IMG/VR virus record: IMGVR_UViG_3300045988_173726
Span: 32,001-96,000 of that record
Source: a virus
Direction: 5' to 3' (one strand)
DNA length: 64,000 bases
Shown: one piece after another, positions 8,635-17,930 of the stretch
Layout of the letters: each line of letters begins with the position of its first letter
Position numbering within the stretch: position 1 is the first letter of the stretch
The notes under the pieces: generated by a model
Databases searched by the model: none
Told to the model about the DNA's origin: nothing
The model's input: the letters and a program-made list of their open reading frames with translations, nothing else
Made by a program: the position numbers and the translations under genes

Positions 8635-9513
8635 ATGGGAAGGTTGCTTGACAGTAAGCTTGACGAGTTAGATGCAGAAATATCAGCGATAGAGCAAAAG
8701 AAGCGTGGGTATTTGTACGATTGTAGACTCTATGACGAAGATAACATCCTTTGCGGAAGTAGCCACTTTGACTTTTGGAAAGCCGCCGTACAAGAGTTTA
8801 TAGGAGAGGAAAAGCGAGCGCAAGAGAAAGCGCTTGAGCAATCAGACCGTATAGTAGGTGCTTGTGGGGAGTATGGTCGGTATCTCTGTAGTCATCTTAG
8901 GATTCATCCAGAGAGTCCAGAGTATGAAGAAGTTTATAGCGAGGCAGTAGATTATTTTGCGAAAGCGCGTGATATAAGCGAGTATCCCGTATGTAATCTT
9001 GAGAATCCGTTAAAGTCCTTTGTTTATAAAGGCTTAAAGAATGTGATTCGGCGGCACGCAACGAAGAAGAAGCGGGAAGCGGAGCGGTTTGTTTCATCCG
9101 AGTTAATAAATGATTCTGGGGAGACAACAGACATTTTTGACTTGATTCCCGACAGTCGGTCAGAGCAGGCATTAAGCCTAGTAGAAGATAACGAGCTGGT
9201 TTCTGCGGTAGAGATGCTTGCGTCTGATAGATATAGTGAGAGCGGGGTAGATTTGCTTTGTTTTTGCTATGTAGCGGTAAAGACGGGGTATCAGATAAAT
9301 GACGCACAGTTTACGGTCGAGTGTAGTTTGCTTGGGATAGATAGTCCGAAGGAGCTTGAAGAAGAGCTTAGGAGTAAGCCCGAGGCGCTAGAGGTGCTTC
9401 GTAACATTTCGATTTGCGGAGAAAGTTATCAAGACGCGAGCGAGTGTATTGCAGATGTTTTGCGAAGGTACCTGTATTGCGGCGAGGAGATAGACAAGAT
9501 GCTCTGCAAGTGA
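8635..9513 (+). CDS. Hypothetical protein (very weak sigma-like resemblance)
   Basis: 292-aa ORF with GGAGG SD. The segment PLKSFVYKGLKNVIRRHATKKKRE is reminiscent of the end of sigma region 2. Confidence 0.25.
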   Translation: MGRLLDSKLDELDAEISAIEQKKRGYLYDCRLYDEDNILCGSSHFDFWKAAVQEFIGEEKRAQEKALEQSDRIVGACGEYGRYLCSHLRIHPESPEYEEVYSEAVDYFAKARDISEYPVCNLENPLKSFVYKGLKNVIRRHATKKKREAERFVSSELINDSGETTDIFDLIPDSRSEQALSLVEDNELVSAVEMLASDRYSESGVDLLCFCYVAVKTGYQINDAQFTVECSLLGIDSPKELEEELRSKPEALEVLRNISICGESYQDASECIADVLRRYLYCGEEIDKMLCK

Positions 9514-9530
9514 TTAAGTTTATGAGGTAG

Positions 9531-9558
9531 AGCGCACCTGCGGGTGCGCTTTTATTTT
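9531..9558 (+). terminator. Intrinsic terminator
   Basis: AGCGCACC-TGCG-GGTGCGCT stem-loop followed by TTTATTTT. Confidence 0.7.
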
Positions 9559-9592
9559 AGGGAATAATAGGCACATAGTTAGAAAACGAGCT

Positions 9593-9620
9593 GGTACACA
9601 AGACTTCCGTGTTGTATAAT
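9593..9620 (+). promoter_or_regulatory. Candidate promoter
   Basis: GGTACA, 16-nt spacer, TATAAT (9615-9620), upstream of the 9653 gene. Confidence 0.35.
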
Positions 9621-9652
9621 TTTCTTATAGAAATTTTCTGCGGAGGGTCGGC

Positions 9653-10543
9653 ATGATAGAGATAAAGCATACGCGGGGCGAGGTCACGGATAGGCTTGTG
9701 ACTAGGCTAAAGCAACGGAAGTTTGAGACGCGGGTAGACAGTGACGCGATAGATAGCGAGGTAGTTCGGATAACGGAGAAGCCGTCAAGGGTAGCGGGGG
9801 AGGCGGCAGAGAGACTGCACGAGCAGAACGCGAAGGCGCTTTGTGATTATCTTTATGAGATAGAGGCAGTGTTTAATAAGTTAAAGAATAAGCAGGGTTT
9901 AATCCGTATCGAGTATAACGCGGTGGATTCTCTGGTAGTATCTCGTCCGATAAGTCTACGAAAAGTAGATATGTTTAGCTTTGAGACAACGGATGTGCTT
10001 GATATGTCGGGGTATAAGATGATACGGGTCGATTATACGCATCTCGTAAAGTGTATGCTGTTTAGCCTAGCGCATAAGGATTTAGGCTATTCGCATGACT
10101 TTATGGAGGAGTTTCTTTGCGGGAAGTCGAGCATGGCGTATAGCACGGACATATCGCTACTGGATAGGGTTTTAGAAGAGGTGTCGTTTAATAAAATCCG
10201 AAAGACAGCGATAGGGGACAGTTTGTATCATAGAGTGCATGGCGGGGTCATTGTCGGGTATTACGGGGATAAGATAGCGGCAAAGACTTATGACGAAGTG
10301 GCGGTGCATGATGGTAATAAGACGATGCAGAGGATATTGAACGAGGTTCTGGAAAGGTTTATAGACAGACGCAAGGACTTATCGCTTGCGGGGCTTTATA
10401 ACAGGGGATTTACATTGATTTGCAAAGAGGAAGCGACAAAGAAAGAAGTGTTAGAGGTTTTGTCGGAGGGTGTATGTGTAGAGCTGTTTGGCAGGAAGTT
10501 TGAGGCGCATCCGTTAATCACTTGTATAGACGCGAAAGGTTAA
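9653..10543 (+). CDS. Hypothetical protein
   Basis: 296-aa ORF with GGAGGG SD. No motif recognised. Confidence 0.7.
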   Translation: MIEIKHTRGEVTDRLVTRLKQRKFETRVDSDAIDSEVVRITEKPSRVAGEAAERLHEQNAKALCDYLYEIEAVFNKLKNKQGLIRIEYNAVDSLVVSRPISLRKVDMFSFETTDVLDMSGYKMIRVDYTHLVKCMLFSLAHKDLGYSHDFMEEFLCGKSSMAYSTDISLLDRVLEEVSFNKIRKTAIGDSLYHRVHGGVIVGYYGDKIAAKTYDEVAVHDGNKTMQRILNEVLERFIDRRKDLSLAGLYNRGFTLICKEEATKKEVLEVLSEGVCVELFGRKFEAHPLITCIDAKG

Positions 10544-10556
10544 GAGGGGAGGAAGT

Positions 10557-11159
10557 ATGGAGGGCAACAAAGTAGTTTATTGTCACTTTTCTTTTAGGCG
10601 ACCGAGGGGCGAGGGATACGGAATCTTCTCGTGTGCCTTGTATAACGATTATGACGGGACAGAGCCAGTAATCAAGCGGGTATGTATGGAGGAGTTATGG
10701 AAAGACCATCAGCATATCACGGCGATTCAAGCCTACAGGTTTGCGTTAGACAGTATATATAAGTGGCAGGCGCATTTACTTAGGTTTGGGGTAGTTGCGG
10801 TATTACTGGTTACGGACAATCAGAATTTAGCGGGATGGATATTAAATCCGAAGAAGGGCAGTTTTCGGGAGTATATGCGGAAAGCGTATCGTCCGTATCA
10901 GATAGGAACTAAGCGGCTCACAATCACGGTAGGGCTGTGTATTCCGAGGGATTACGAGAAGTCGCACAAGTTCTGCAAGTTAGAGTTTGTGGAGAACTAT
11001 GACGAGTTTATGCAGAAGGGAAAGCAGACTAAGTTAGAGCTTGGCGGTATGCGGTTAATGTCGGATGTGATAGCGGAGGATATACCCGAGGGTGTTTCGG
11101 AGTTCAAGCCAATAAGTTCAGAAGAGGCTTTGCGGAGTAATGACGAAGAGGAGCAGTAA
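10557..11159 (+). CDS. Hypothetical protein (faint RNase H-like strand/helix pattern with non-canonical residues)
   Basis: 200-aa ORF with GGGGAGGAAG SD. The pattern VVYCHFSF...HITAIQAYRFAL...LLVTDNQNLAGWI loosely parallels RNase HI, but the catalytic acids are not evident. Confidence 0.2.
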   Translation: MEGNKVVYCHFSFRRPRGEGYGIFSCALYNDYDGTEPVIKRVCMEELWKDHQHITAIQAYRFALDSIYKWQAHLLRFGVVAVLLVTDNQNLAGWILNPKKGSFREYMRKAYRPYQIGTKRLTITVGLCIPRDYEKSHKFCKLEFVENYDEFMQKGKQTKLELGGMRLMSDVIAEDIPEGVSEFKPISSEEALRSNDEEEQ

Positions 11160-11211
11160 GCGACACGGCTGGTAAAAGAAACAAGGCTTAATCTAAGCCT
11201 AGAGGGAAGAT

Positions 11212-14200
11212 ATGCTTTGGACAACGGGGACATACACGGATAATCAGACTTATAGCGTGATAGCTTGCATAGATAAGCAGTATTCCGAGGTTATAATCGG
11301 GTTTAGCGGGAAGGTAATATCCGCGTATAAGCTGGAAGGTCTTAGGGACGAGTATTTAGCGGGAAGTCCGATGGCGAAAGAGGTTTATAAGACTTTGAAG
11401 CGCGGGATAGGCGGTTGTAAGTCAAGTAACGGAGTCCCTGTGCCGTTTCAGCTAGGGGCGTGTGTAGAGCATAGTTTTCAGAGGGCTGGGGTAGATTTTT
11501 CGATACGGCGGTTTAACAGTGGTTTATGCGGGGCGTATATAGCGTCCCGCAACTTTACGCTTGACTTAAGTTTAGCGAGTTCTGCGCCGAGTGGTCTTAA
11601 TTTGCCGTATGTGAAGTTAGCGAAAGAGGCGAGTGACGCAAGCTTTGACGCAAGTAGCACATATGTCCGTCCGCTTGAGGAGATAGGTTTATTTAAGGAC
11701 ATAAGTTGGCTAAAGGATAAGCGGTATAAGGTTGTAACGGACGAGCGGGAAGCGGAGGAGTTGTTTAGCCGCATTGAGGAGAAGATACGGACAAACCCGA
11801 ACACGCCGATAGCGTTTGATACGGAGACAACGGGCTTAAAGATAAATATGTTCGGGAAGATAGGCTCGGAGCAGGCAGAGGAGCTTAAGCGGTATAACGA
11901 GAGTGTAGGGAAGTCGAAGCAGAAAGGGGTAGATAAGCTAGTCGGGTTTATTTACTGCCTAGAGCCGAATGTGAGTTATTATTTCCCCGCAGGGAATAGG
12001 AAGTTTCATAACTTGTATTCTGACATAAACGCCCCTTTAACGAAACAGACAGCGGATAGGATAAAGGTAGATTATACGGTAGGAAGGTTTCGTAGTCGGG
12101 ATGACGACATGGCGAGGTATATCCGAAGGACTAGGGTAGAGGATTTCGGGTGTGATGTCATTTTGATGGAGCGAAACAGGGATATACTGGAGAAAGGGTA
12201 TTTAGTCGGACATAACGGCACATTCGATGCGAAGGTAGCCTATTTATACAGCATAGACATAAACTTCCGCGAAGATAGCATGATATTGCATCAGCTTGTT
12301 TACAAGTTCCGTTCTACGACAAGCAACCGAGGTGAGAGTTCTGCATTAAAGTACTTGGTAAAGCGGGAGTTTGGAGTAGACCAGCTTGAGCTTACAGACT
12401 TTTTCGACCCGAATGCGTATAGTACGACAAAGACAAAGAAGAAGGAGTTAGGGATTGACTTCTCGTATATGGATTTAGCGGGGTCAACAGCGTATGCGCC
12501 AGCAGACGGAGATTTTACGCTACAGTTGTTTATCAGATATAAGAGTGCGCTTCTTAGTAAGTTCAAATCACTTGAGTATATTTACTATGTGGAGGTGCTT
12601 GTAAGTCTCGCGATAGCGTATATGGAGTTTTACGGCTATCGTATAAACGAAGAGAAGATAGATGCGACTCGTGACAAGTATTTAGTGCAGAAAGCGGAGC
12701 TTGAGCATAAGATACGACAGATGGTAGGATATTCGACCGAGAAAGAGGAAGCGGTGTTTGCGTCTTTAGCGGGGGCGGCAGACAGAGAGGCGAAGATGGG
12801 GGTATTGCCAGAGGCTATAGCGGTTATGGCAGATAGTGAGAACGCCTTAAATTTGACTTCGCCTATAAAGGTAGCAGAGCTGTTTTATGATGTGCTTAAA
12901 ATGCCGATGGGGGAAAAGAAGTCAGTCAGTAAGACAGCGCTTGCGGGGCTAAGTAAGCAAGCGGGTAAGAACGGGGAGATAGTTCGGGTTTATCAAGAGT
13001 GGAAAGGCGTGGATACGCTCCTCACTAAGTTTTTCGGTAGGTTACAGGAGTTTATGTACCCGAACGGGTTTATTTTCTCGCATTTCGGTCAGATAAGTAC
13101 GGCGACAGGTCGAATGAGTTGCAGTAGCCCGAACGCACAGCAGTTTCCGAAGTCGATTACGGCGATAATCGAGCCGAGGAAAGATTGTGTAATGTTTGAC
13201 GCAGACTTTTCGCAGATAGAGTATCGGACGCTGGTTGCTCTTGCGGGTGAGGAATCGTTAAAGGAGAAGTTTAGAGACCCCGACATGGATTATCACACGA
13301 CTATGGCGAGTTTAATGTATGGGGTAGATTACGCTTCTGTTACACCGAAGCAGAGAGGCGAGGCGAAAGGCTTTAACTTTGGTATACCCTACGGCATGGG
13401 AATCACTTCTCTAACGATAAGGTTATTTGGAACAGCTACGAAGGAGAATATTGAGGCGGCGAAAGAGAAGTACGAGTTATATTTCAGAGACCAGCCGAAT
13501 GTCAGAAAGTTTTTTGCGAATGTCAAGGAGTCGGCGGAGGTTTACGGGTATACGGAGACGAAGTGGCACAGGAGGCGGTATTATTCGTTTAGGGATAAGG
13601 ACGGGAATTTAAGCAGTAAGGCAAAGGCTTCTGCGCTAAGGCAGGCAGGAAACGCGGTAATACAGGGAACGGCGGCAGATATATTCAAGATTTCGGTCGC
13701 TCGGAATTTCAGCTATATCCGTAGGAACGGGCTAATGGGGAAGCTGTTTATCGTGAATATGATACACGATGAGCAGTTAATGGAATGTAATGTAAAAGAG
13801 TTAAATCCGAAGCGTGTATTAGCGGATGTAGTGCAGAATATGGAGTTGAAGCTAGACGGATTCCCGCCGTTGTATGTAGGAGCGGGAGTAGGGTTATCTT
13901 GGAAAGACGCGAAGGGAAAGATGGCAGAGATACATCCCGACCTAGCGAACGAGTATATCGAAGAATCAAAGGGTACATCGATATTTAGAGGCGAGGATAG
14001 TGTATCGGAGAGTCCAGAAGATGTATTAAGCTACTTTAACGAGCGTGTAGTAGACTTTAGAGTACGGAAGATAACGAAGTATGTCTTAGACAAGGGGAAT
14101 TGGGGAAAGCCGATACATCCTGTCATCGGAAATTTGTTATCTTTGCAGTTTGACTACGGAGTAAACGAAGAGGTAGCGGCGAAGTATACAGAGGCAAACG

Positions 14201-14718
14201 GGTATACGAAAGACGAGATAGCGGAAGCGAAGAAGAACATCCCGACCGAGCAGTTAAAGCGGTTTATGGTAGATAAGGGGATAGCGGTAAATCCAGATAA
14301 CTTTAGGTCGGCAGAGGTAGAGCATGAGGTAGAGTCGGATAAAGTTTACGAGGACGAGAGCGAAGAAGAGGGCTTAGAGGAAGCCGAGGCAGAGGAGTAT
14401 AACGAGTTTAAGCTAATAGATGAGAGCAAGGCAGTGTTTGGGGTGGGTATTACGGAGTTGGTGAGTCGGTTCAAGGTCTTTGTTTCCGAGAGCCGAGGGA
14501 TATGCGGGATAGACAGTGAGTTTCTGCGAGGTCTTAAAGACAGAGAGGGTTTAATCGCCTATTTGAATGAGCATCTTTGCGAAAAGGGTGTGGACGGGAG
14601 CATGGAGCTTATGATGTTGGTAGGTGGGGGAGCTTTAACGCATTCTGGACAGTATATAAGAGGGGTAACGCGGGATGAGATGCTAAGAGTGGCGAGAGGG
14701 ACTGTGCGTACCGCTTAA
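11212..14718 (+). CDS. polA: Family A DNA polymerase (Pol I-like) with 3'-5' exonuclease domain and long C-terminal extension
   Basis: Exo I IAFDTETTGL, Exo II LVGHNGTFDAKV, Exo III YAPADGDFTLQL. Pol motif A FDADFSQIEYRTLVALAG, motif B RGEAKGFNFGIPYGMG, motif C NMIHDEQLME. Confidence 0.9.
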   Translation: MLWTTGTYTDNQTYSVIACIDKQYSEVIIGFSGKVISAYKLEGLRDEYLAGSPMAKEVYKTLKRGIGGCKSSNGVPVPFQLGACVEHSFQRAGVDFSIRRFNSGLCGAYIASRNFTLDLSLASSAPSGLNLPYVKLAKEASDASFDASSTYVRPLEEIGLFKDISWLKDKRYKVVTDEREAEELFSRIEEKIRTNPNTPIAFDTETTGLKINMFGKIGSEQAEELKRYNESVGKSKQKGVDKLVGFIYCLEPNVSYYFPAGNRKFHNLYSDINAPLTKQTADRIKVDYTVGRFRSRDDDMARYIRRTRVEDFGCDVILMERNRDILEKGYLVGHNGTFDAKVAYLYSIDINFREDSMILHQLVYKFRSTTSNRGESSALKYLVKREFGVDQLELTDFFDPNAYSTTKTKKKELGIDFSYMDLAGSTAYAPADGDFTLQLFIRYKSALLSKFKSLEYIYYVEVLVSLAIAYMEFYGYRINEEKIDATRDKYLVQKAELEHKIRQMVGYSTEKEEAVFASLAGAADREAKMGVLPEAIAVMADSENALNLTSPIKVAELFYDVLKMPMGEKKSVSKTALAGLSKQAGKNGEIVRVYQEWKGVDTLLTKFFGRLQEFMYPNGFIFSHFGQISTATGRMSCSSPNAQQFPKSITAIIEPRKDCVMFDADFSQIEYRTLVALAGEESLKEKFRDPDMDYHTTMASLMYGVDYASVTPKQRGEAKGFNFGIPYGMGITSLTIRLFGTATKENIEAAKEKYELYFRDQPNVRKFFANVKESAEVYGYTETKWHRRRYYSFRDKDGNLSSKAKASALRQAGNAVIQGTAADIFKISVARNFSYIRRNGLMGKLFIVNMIHDEQLMECNVKELNPKRVLADVVQNMELKLDGFPPLYVGAGVGLSWKDAKGKMAEIHPDLANEYIEESKGTSIFRGEDSVSESPEDVLSYFNERVVDFRVRKITKYVLDKGNWGKPIHPVIGNLLSLQFDYGVNEEVAAKYTEANGYTKDEIAEAKKNIPTEQLKRFMVDKGIAVNPDNFRSAEVEHEVESDKVYEDESEEEGLEEAEAEEYNEFKLIDESKAVFGVGITELVSRFKVFVSESRGICGIDSEFLRGLKDREGLIAYLNEHLCEKGVDGSMELMMLVGGGALTHSGQYIRGVTRDEMLRVARGTVRTA

Positions 14719-14751
14719 GGTATAAAATAAACTTCTAGGAGGTAGTGGGAA

Positions 14752-16413
14752 ATGTCATCTGTGCGAGAGTTTTCATTTGACGAGAGTAGGCTTGGGGAGA
14801 GTAAGGGGTATGTATTAGCGGGGATTACAACAGACGCTAATAATAAGCTAAGTAGTGTGCTGTTGTATGACAGGGCTTCTACGGGAAGTCGATTGTTACA
14901 GCTTTCAGTGAATAACGGAGTGAAAGGGTATGAATTACCGTTACGCCATATAAAGTGGTTTGTGGATAATACAGACGGGCTTAAGATGAGCGAGAGCGAC
15001 GAGGTAGAGGTAGATGGCGATATATCTCGCTATCCGATTCTTGGGCGTTTACGGGAAGGCTGGAGCGAAGAGGGTGTTGTAATTTCTGGTGGAAACGCGA
15101 ACCTAGTAATTACAGAGAAGAGAGGTCATGAGTATAAGGGAGTTATTCTCGTTAATAAGGCTCCTACAAGTTATATTGCGGGAGTATCATTTAAGGATAA
15201 TGATTTAAGCAGTATAGGTGAGACATTTAAGCCTAAGAGTCCGTTTAGCAGTGCGCCGCCGTCCATTCCGAATAGCGTGCTTTGCGATATGTATGACCGA
15301 ATACAAGACATAGAGCATATTTTGGGATATAAGAGTTATGACGAGAATTTCTACTTAGATTTGTCTTACCAAGCAAAGCTGTTTGGTGTGAACTTTGAAG
15401 GTATCTATCCTATCGATTCATCTGTCAACAAGTTCGCAGAGTTTTCGTTTGCTGGGTTTTCTAAAAAGAGGGCTGTTAAGTTCAACTGGGATAAAATTAG
15501 TATCCTTGAGTGGGTGTCGCAGATAAATAGGGACTACGGTGCAGATTTGGGATTTGATAGCGAGCTTGGAGTATTATACCGTAACAACTTATCAAGTAGT
15601 AGGAAACCAAAAGTTCCGAGTATCACGACTTTAGAAATTCCAGAGGGAGTTCGAGCAATCGGTGGAGAGGCATTTAGTGGGTTTACCGAAATAGCTGGAG
15701 TTTATTTTCCAGATAGCTTGGTAGAGATAGGCGAGGATGCTTTTAGAGGCTGTGGTTTAACGGAGGCAAACTTTGGGTGTTCACTGATAACGATACGGAG
15801 CGGTGCATTTGCGGACAATAATCTTAGCAGAGTTATTCTTCCTCCGAGCCTAGTGAATGTAGGTAAGGGCGCGTTTAGTGGTAACAGTGAGATTAAACAG
15901 GCTATTATCTATAGGACAGGTCTTAGCGTTGCAACAGTCGGGGATGTGCAGAGGTTAATCCAGCTTAGAGGTGATAAAGAGGCAGTAAAGAGTTTAGCTG
16001 TTGCGGATGAGCTAGAGGGAGTGTATGTACAAAGTCCTTCGCACTTAATTGCGCTAGAGTCAGCATATAGAGACACAGTTCTTAAGAAAGTTCCAGAGCA
16101 GTATAGGGACGAGGCTATAAGGTATTTATCTGAGATAGCAAGTATGGAGTTGTGCGAGGAGTTAGGAATAAAGAAGTATAATCTAACGACTGCACAGGTC
16201 TTAGCAAGTGAAAGTGAAAAGGAACAGCGGGCTTGGAGTAAGTATACTGGAGCAAGTAAGCTGGGGGCTAAGAAATCAGAATCCTCGGGGGATAAGAAGA
16301 TGGAAGAGGTCTTGCAGGACTTAGAGGAGAAGTTTGGAACAAAGGGTTCAGCGGAGACTATAGCCTATCTAAAGAGTTTACTGGCAACGCTTACAGGAGA
16401 GAATCGCTACTAA
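14752..16413 (+). CDS. BspA-type leucine-rich-repeat (LRR_5-like) protein with paralog-family N-terminus
   Basis: Repeats IPEGVRAIGGEAFSG / FPDSLVEIGEDAFRGC / SLITIRSGAFADN / LPPSLVNVGKGAFSGN. N-terminal module GYVLAGITTDANNKLSSVLLYD. Confidence 0.6.
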   Translation: MSSVREFSFDESRLGESKGYVLAGITTDANNKLSSVLLYDRASTGSRLLQLSVNNGVKGYELPLRHIKWFVDNTDGLKMSESDEVEVDGDISRYPILGRLREGWSEEGVVISGGNANLVITEKRGHEYKGVILVNKAPTSYIAGVSFKDNDLSSIGETFKPKSPFSSAPPSIPNSVLCDMYDRIQDIEHILGYKSYDENFYLDLSYQAKLFGVNFEGIYPIDSSVNKFAEFSFAGFSKKRAVKFNWDKISILEWVSQINRDYGADLGFDSELGVLYRNNLSSSRKPKVPSITTLEIPEGVRAIGGEAFSGFTEIAGVYFPDSLVEIGEDAFRGCGLTEANFGCSLITIRSGAFADNNLSRVILPPSLVNVGKGAFSGNSEIKQAIIYRTGLSVATVGDVQRLIQLRGDKEAVKSLAVADELEGVYVQSPSHLIALESAYRDTVLKKVPEQYRDEAIRYLSEIASMELCEELGIKKYNLTTAQVLASESEKEQRAWSKYTGASKLGAKKSESSGDKKMEEVLQDLEEKFGTKGSAETIAYLKSLLATLTGENRY

Positions 16414-16472
16414 AGCGAGAGATGGCAAAGATATGGAGCTTTCTTAAAGGGAGCAAAAGAGAGGAGAATTAA

Positions 16473-16910
16473 ATGTCAGACATTTTAAGCCTCACATCGG
16501 AAATAGACATCGCGGAAGAGGTATCGAAGGAGCGGGTCGGGACAGCGGTCGTGCAGACAGCGGACGGTATCGTTTATCCGTGCCTAGTGATACGGGCAGA
16601 TAAGCCGAGTATGCGGGTAACGGAGGTAGCGATAGAGGGCTTGCTTGATTTAATTCATTCGTGTTGGTATACGGACGAGGATAAGGAGAACGGTCTTAAG
16701 GACGATAGCCTGAATGTTTATATAGCGACTCCGAGTGGAGCAGGGAAGCTCGGGCGCGGGTCGTTTGCGAAGTTGTATCGGTATTTGAACAGTTTTACGC
16801 ATAACTTAATCAGTGAGGCGGCGAGTGTTTATTATTTTGAGGCAGAGGGTAAGAAGGAGCGGATAGATAAGTTAAACGCGAAGTGTCCGAGAGTATGGTT
16901 GGATTTGTGA
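16473..16910 (+). CDS. Hypothetical protein
   Basis: 145-aa ORF with GAGAGGAG SD. Confidence 0.65.
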   Translation: MSDILSLTSEIDIAEEVSKERVGTAVVQTADGIVYPCLVIRADKPSMRVTEVAIEGLLDLIHSCWYTDEDKENGLKDDSLNVYIATPSGAGKLGRGSFAKLYRYLNSFTHNLISEAASVYYFEAEGKKERIDKLNAKCPRVWLDL

Positions 16911-16925
16911 GACAGGATTACAGGG

Positions 16926-16957
16926 ACGGGGTACGGCGAATGCCGCGCCCCGTTTTT
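16926..16957 (+). terminator. Intrinsic terminator
   Basis: ACGGGGTACGGC-GAAT-GCCGCGCCCCGT hairpin followed by TTTTT. Confidence 0.7.
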
Positions 16958-16981
16958 AGTTTGCTTTTAGGTTGATTTAGC

Positions 16982-17010
16982 TTGACTAGTTGGTAACAGT
17001 AGGCTAAGAT
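16982..17010 (+). promoter_or_regulatory. Promoter, TTGACT-17-TAAGAT class
   Basis: TTGACT 16982-16987, 17-nt spacer, TAAGAT 17005-17010. Confidence 0.55.
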
Positions 17011-17042
17011 GTAGTTAAAAGTATCTTTATAAGGAGGCAGGG

Positions 17043-17930
17043 ATGGGGAGAAAGTTAGACGAGAGGACAAGAGAGGTAACAGGACTGATTGCGGGGATTT
17101 CGTCCTGTGAGAAAGCGTTAGAGGATGCGGTAGCGCGGAGAGCGCCGTCTAATGAGGTGATACGGTGGTATAACGGTGCTATGACAGCTCCTAGAGCTAG
17201 GAAAGAGTATCTTCCTCGGGCTAGGAAGCAGTTGTCTTTGAGTGCAGTCGAGTTTATGGGTGCGCTTGTAGGAGATATTTCCGAGAAAGTAGACTTAAGC
17301 AAAGTTTTTACAGAATATGAGGCAGCAAAGATTATGGGAAACGCCTTGGGAGCTGTTTGCGGGACGATGACAGCGTTTATTAAGCAAAATCGCAAATATT
17401 ACTTAGGTATTTTAGGGGCTTTTGCTTTGATGCTGTTATACGGAGTATCAAGCAAGAGCTTTCTACTGCCACTGTCTGTCACCTATCTGGTAAGTCTTTT
17501 GATTATCGCACATTTTGTCTTAAATACGCTTTTTCGGTATACGAAAGAGAAAAGTCGTGTAGATAAGACTTTGTACTTGCAGGATAGAGTCGGGAGTGCG
17601 GTGTTTAATAGCTTAAGTGAGGAGCAGATAGGCATAGTAAGGTATCTGTATTCCGAGCGGGTTTTAGCAGAGCAGAATCTAACCGAAAGTATAATTGCAG
17701 TAACTAGACTTGAGGAATACGGGTATAGAAACGGAGACAGTATAGGCGGTTTTTCCGAGGAGTTAGACAGGGAGATTGAGGAAGCATTAGAAGAGCTTGC
17801 TGGCAAGTTTATCTGGAACACGGTTTTAAGCGTGTCTACAGGACGGTCAGCGGATTATCTTGATTGTATAAGAATCAAGAGGTGGTTTATAAAGGAGAGT
17901 GGTGAGAGTGGAGAAAGTGCTAACGCTTGA
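17043..17930 (+). CDS. Membrane protein, unknown function (coiled N-terminus, 2-3 TM helices)
   Basis: 295-aa ORF with AAGGAGG SD. Hydrophobic stretch YYLGILGAFALMLLYGV...LLPLSVTYLVSLLIIAHFVL. Confidence 0.65.
   Translation: MGRKLDERTREVTGLIAGISSCEKALEDAVARRAPSNEVIRWYNGAMTAPRARKEYLPRARKQLSLSAVEFMGALVGDISEKVDLSKVFTEYEAAKIMGNALGAVCGTMTAFIKQNRKYYLGILGAFALMLLYGVSSKSFLLPLSVTYLVSLLIIAHFVLNTLFRYTKEKSRVDKTLYLQDRVGSAVFNSLSEEQIGIVRYLYSERVLAEQNLTESIIAVTRLEEYGYRNGDSIGGFSEELDREIEEALEELAGKFIWNTVLSVSTGRSADYLDCIRIKRWFIKESGESGESANA

Noticed and set aside
13427-13612. 61-aa + strand ORF in an alternative frame inside the DNA polymerase gene; similar alternative-frame ORFs at 22621-22854, 31750-32040, 33839-34099 and 52445-52663
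   Set aside because: They are Arg/Ser-rich off-frame translations inside well-supported genes, with no independent start signals.
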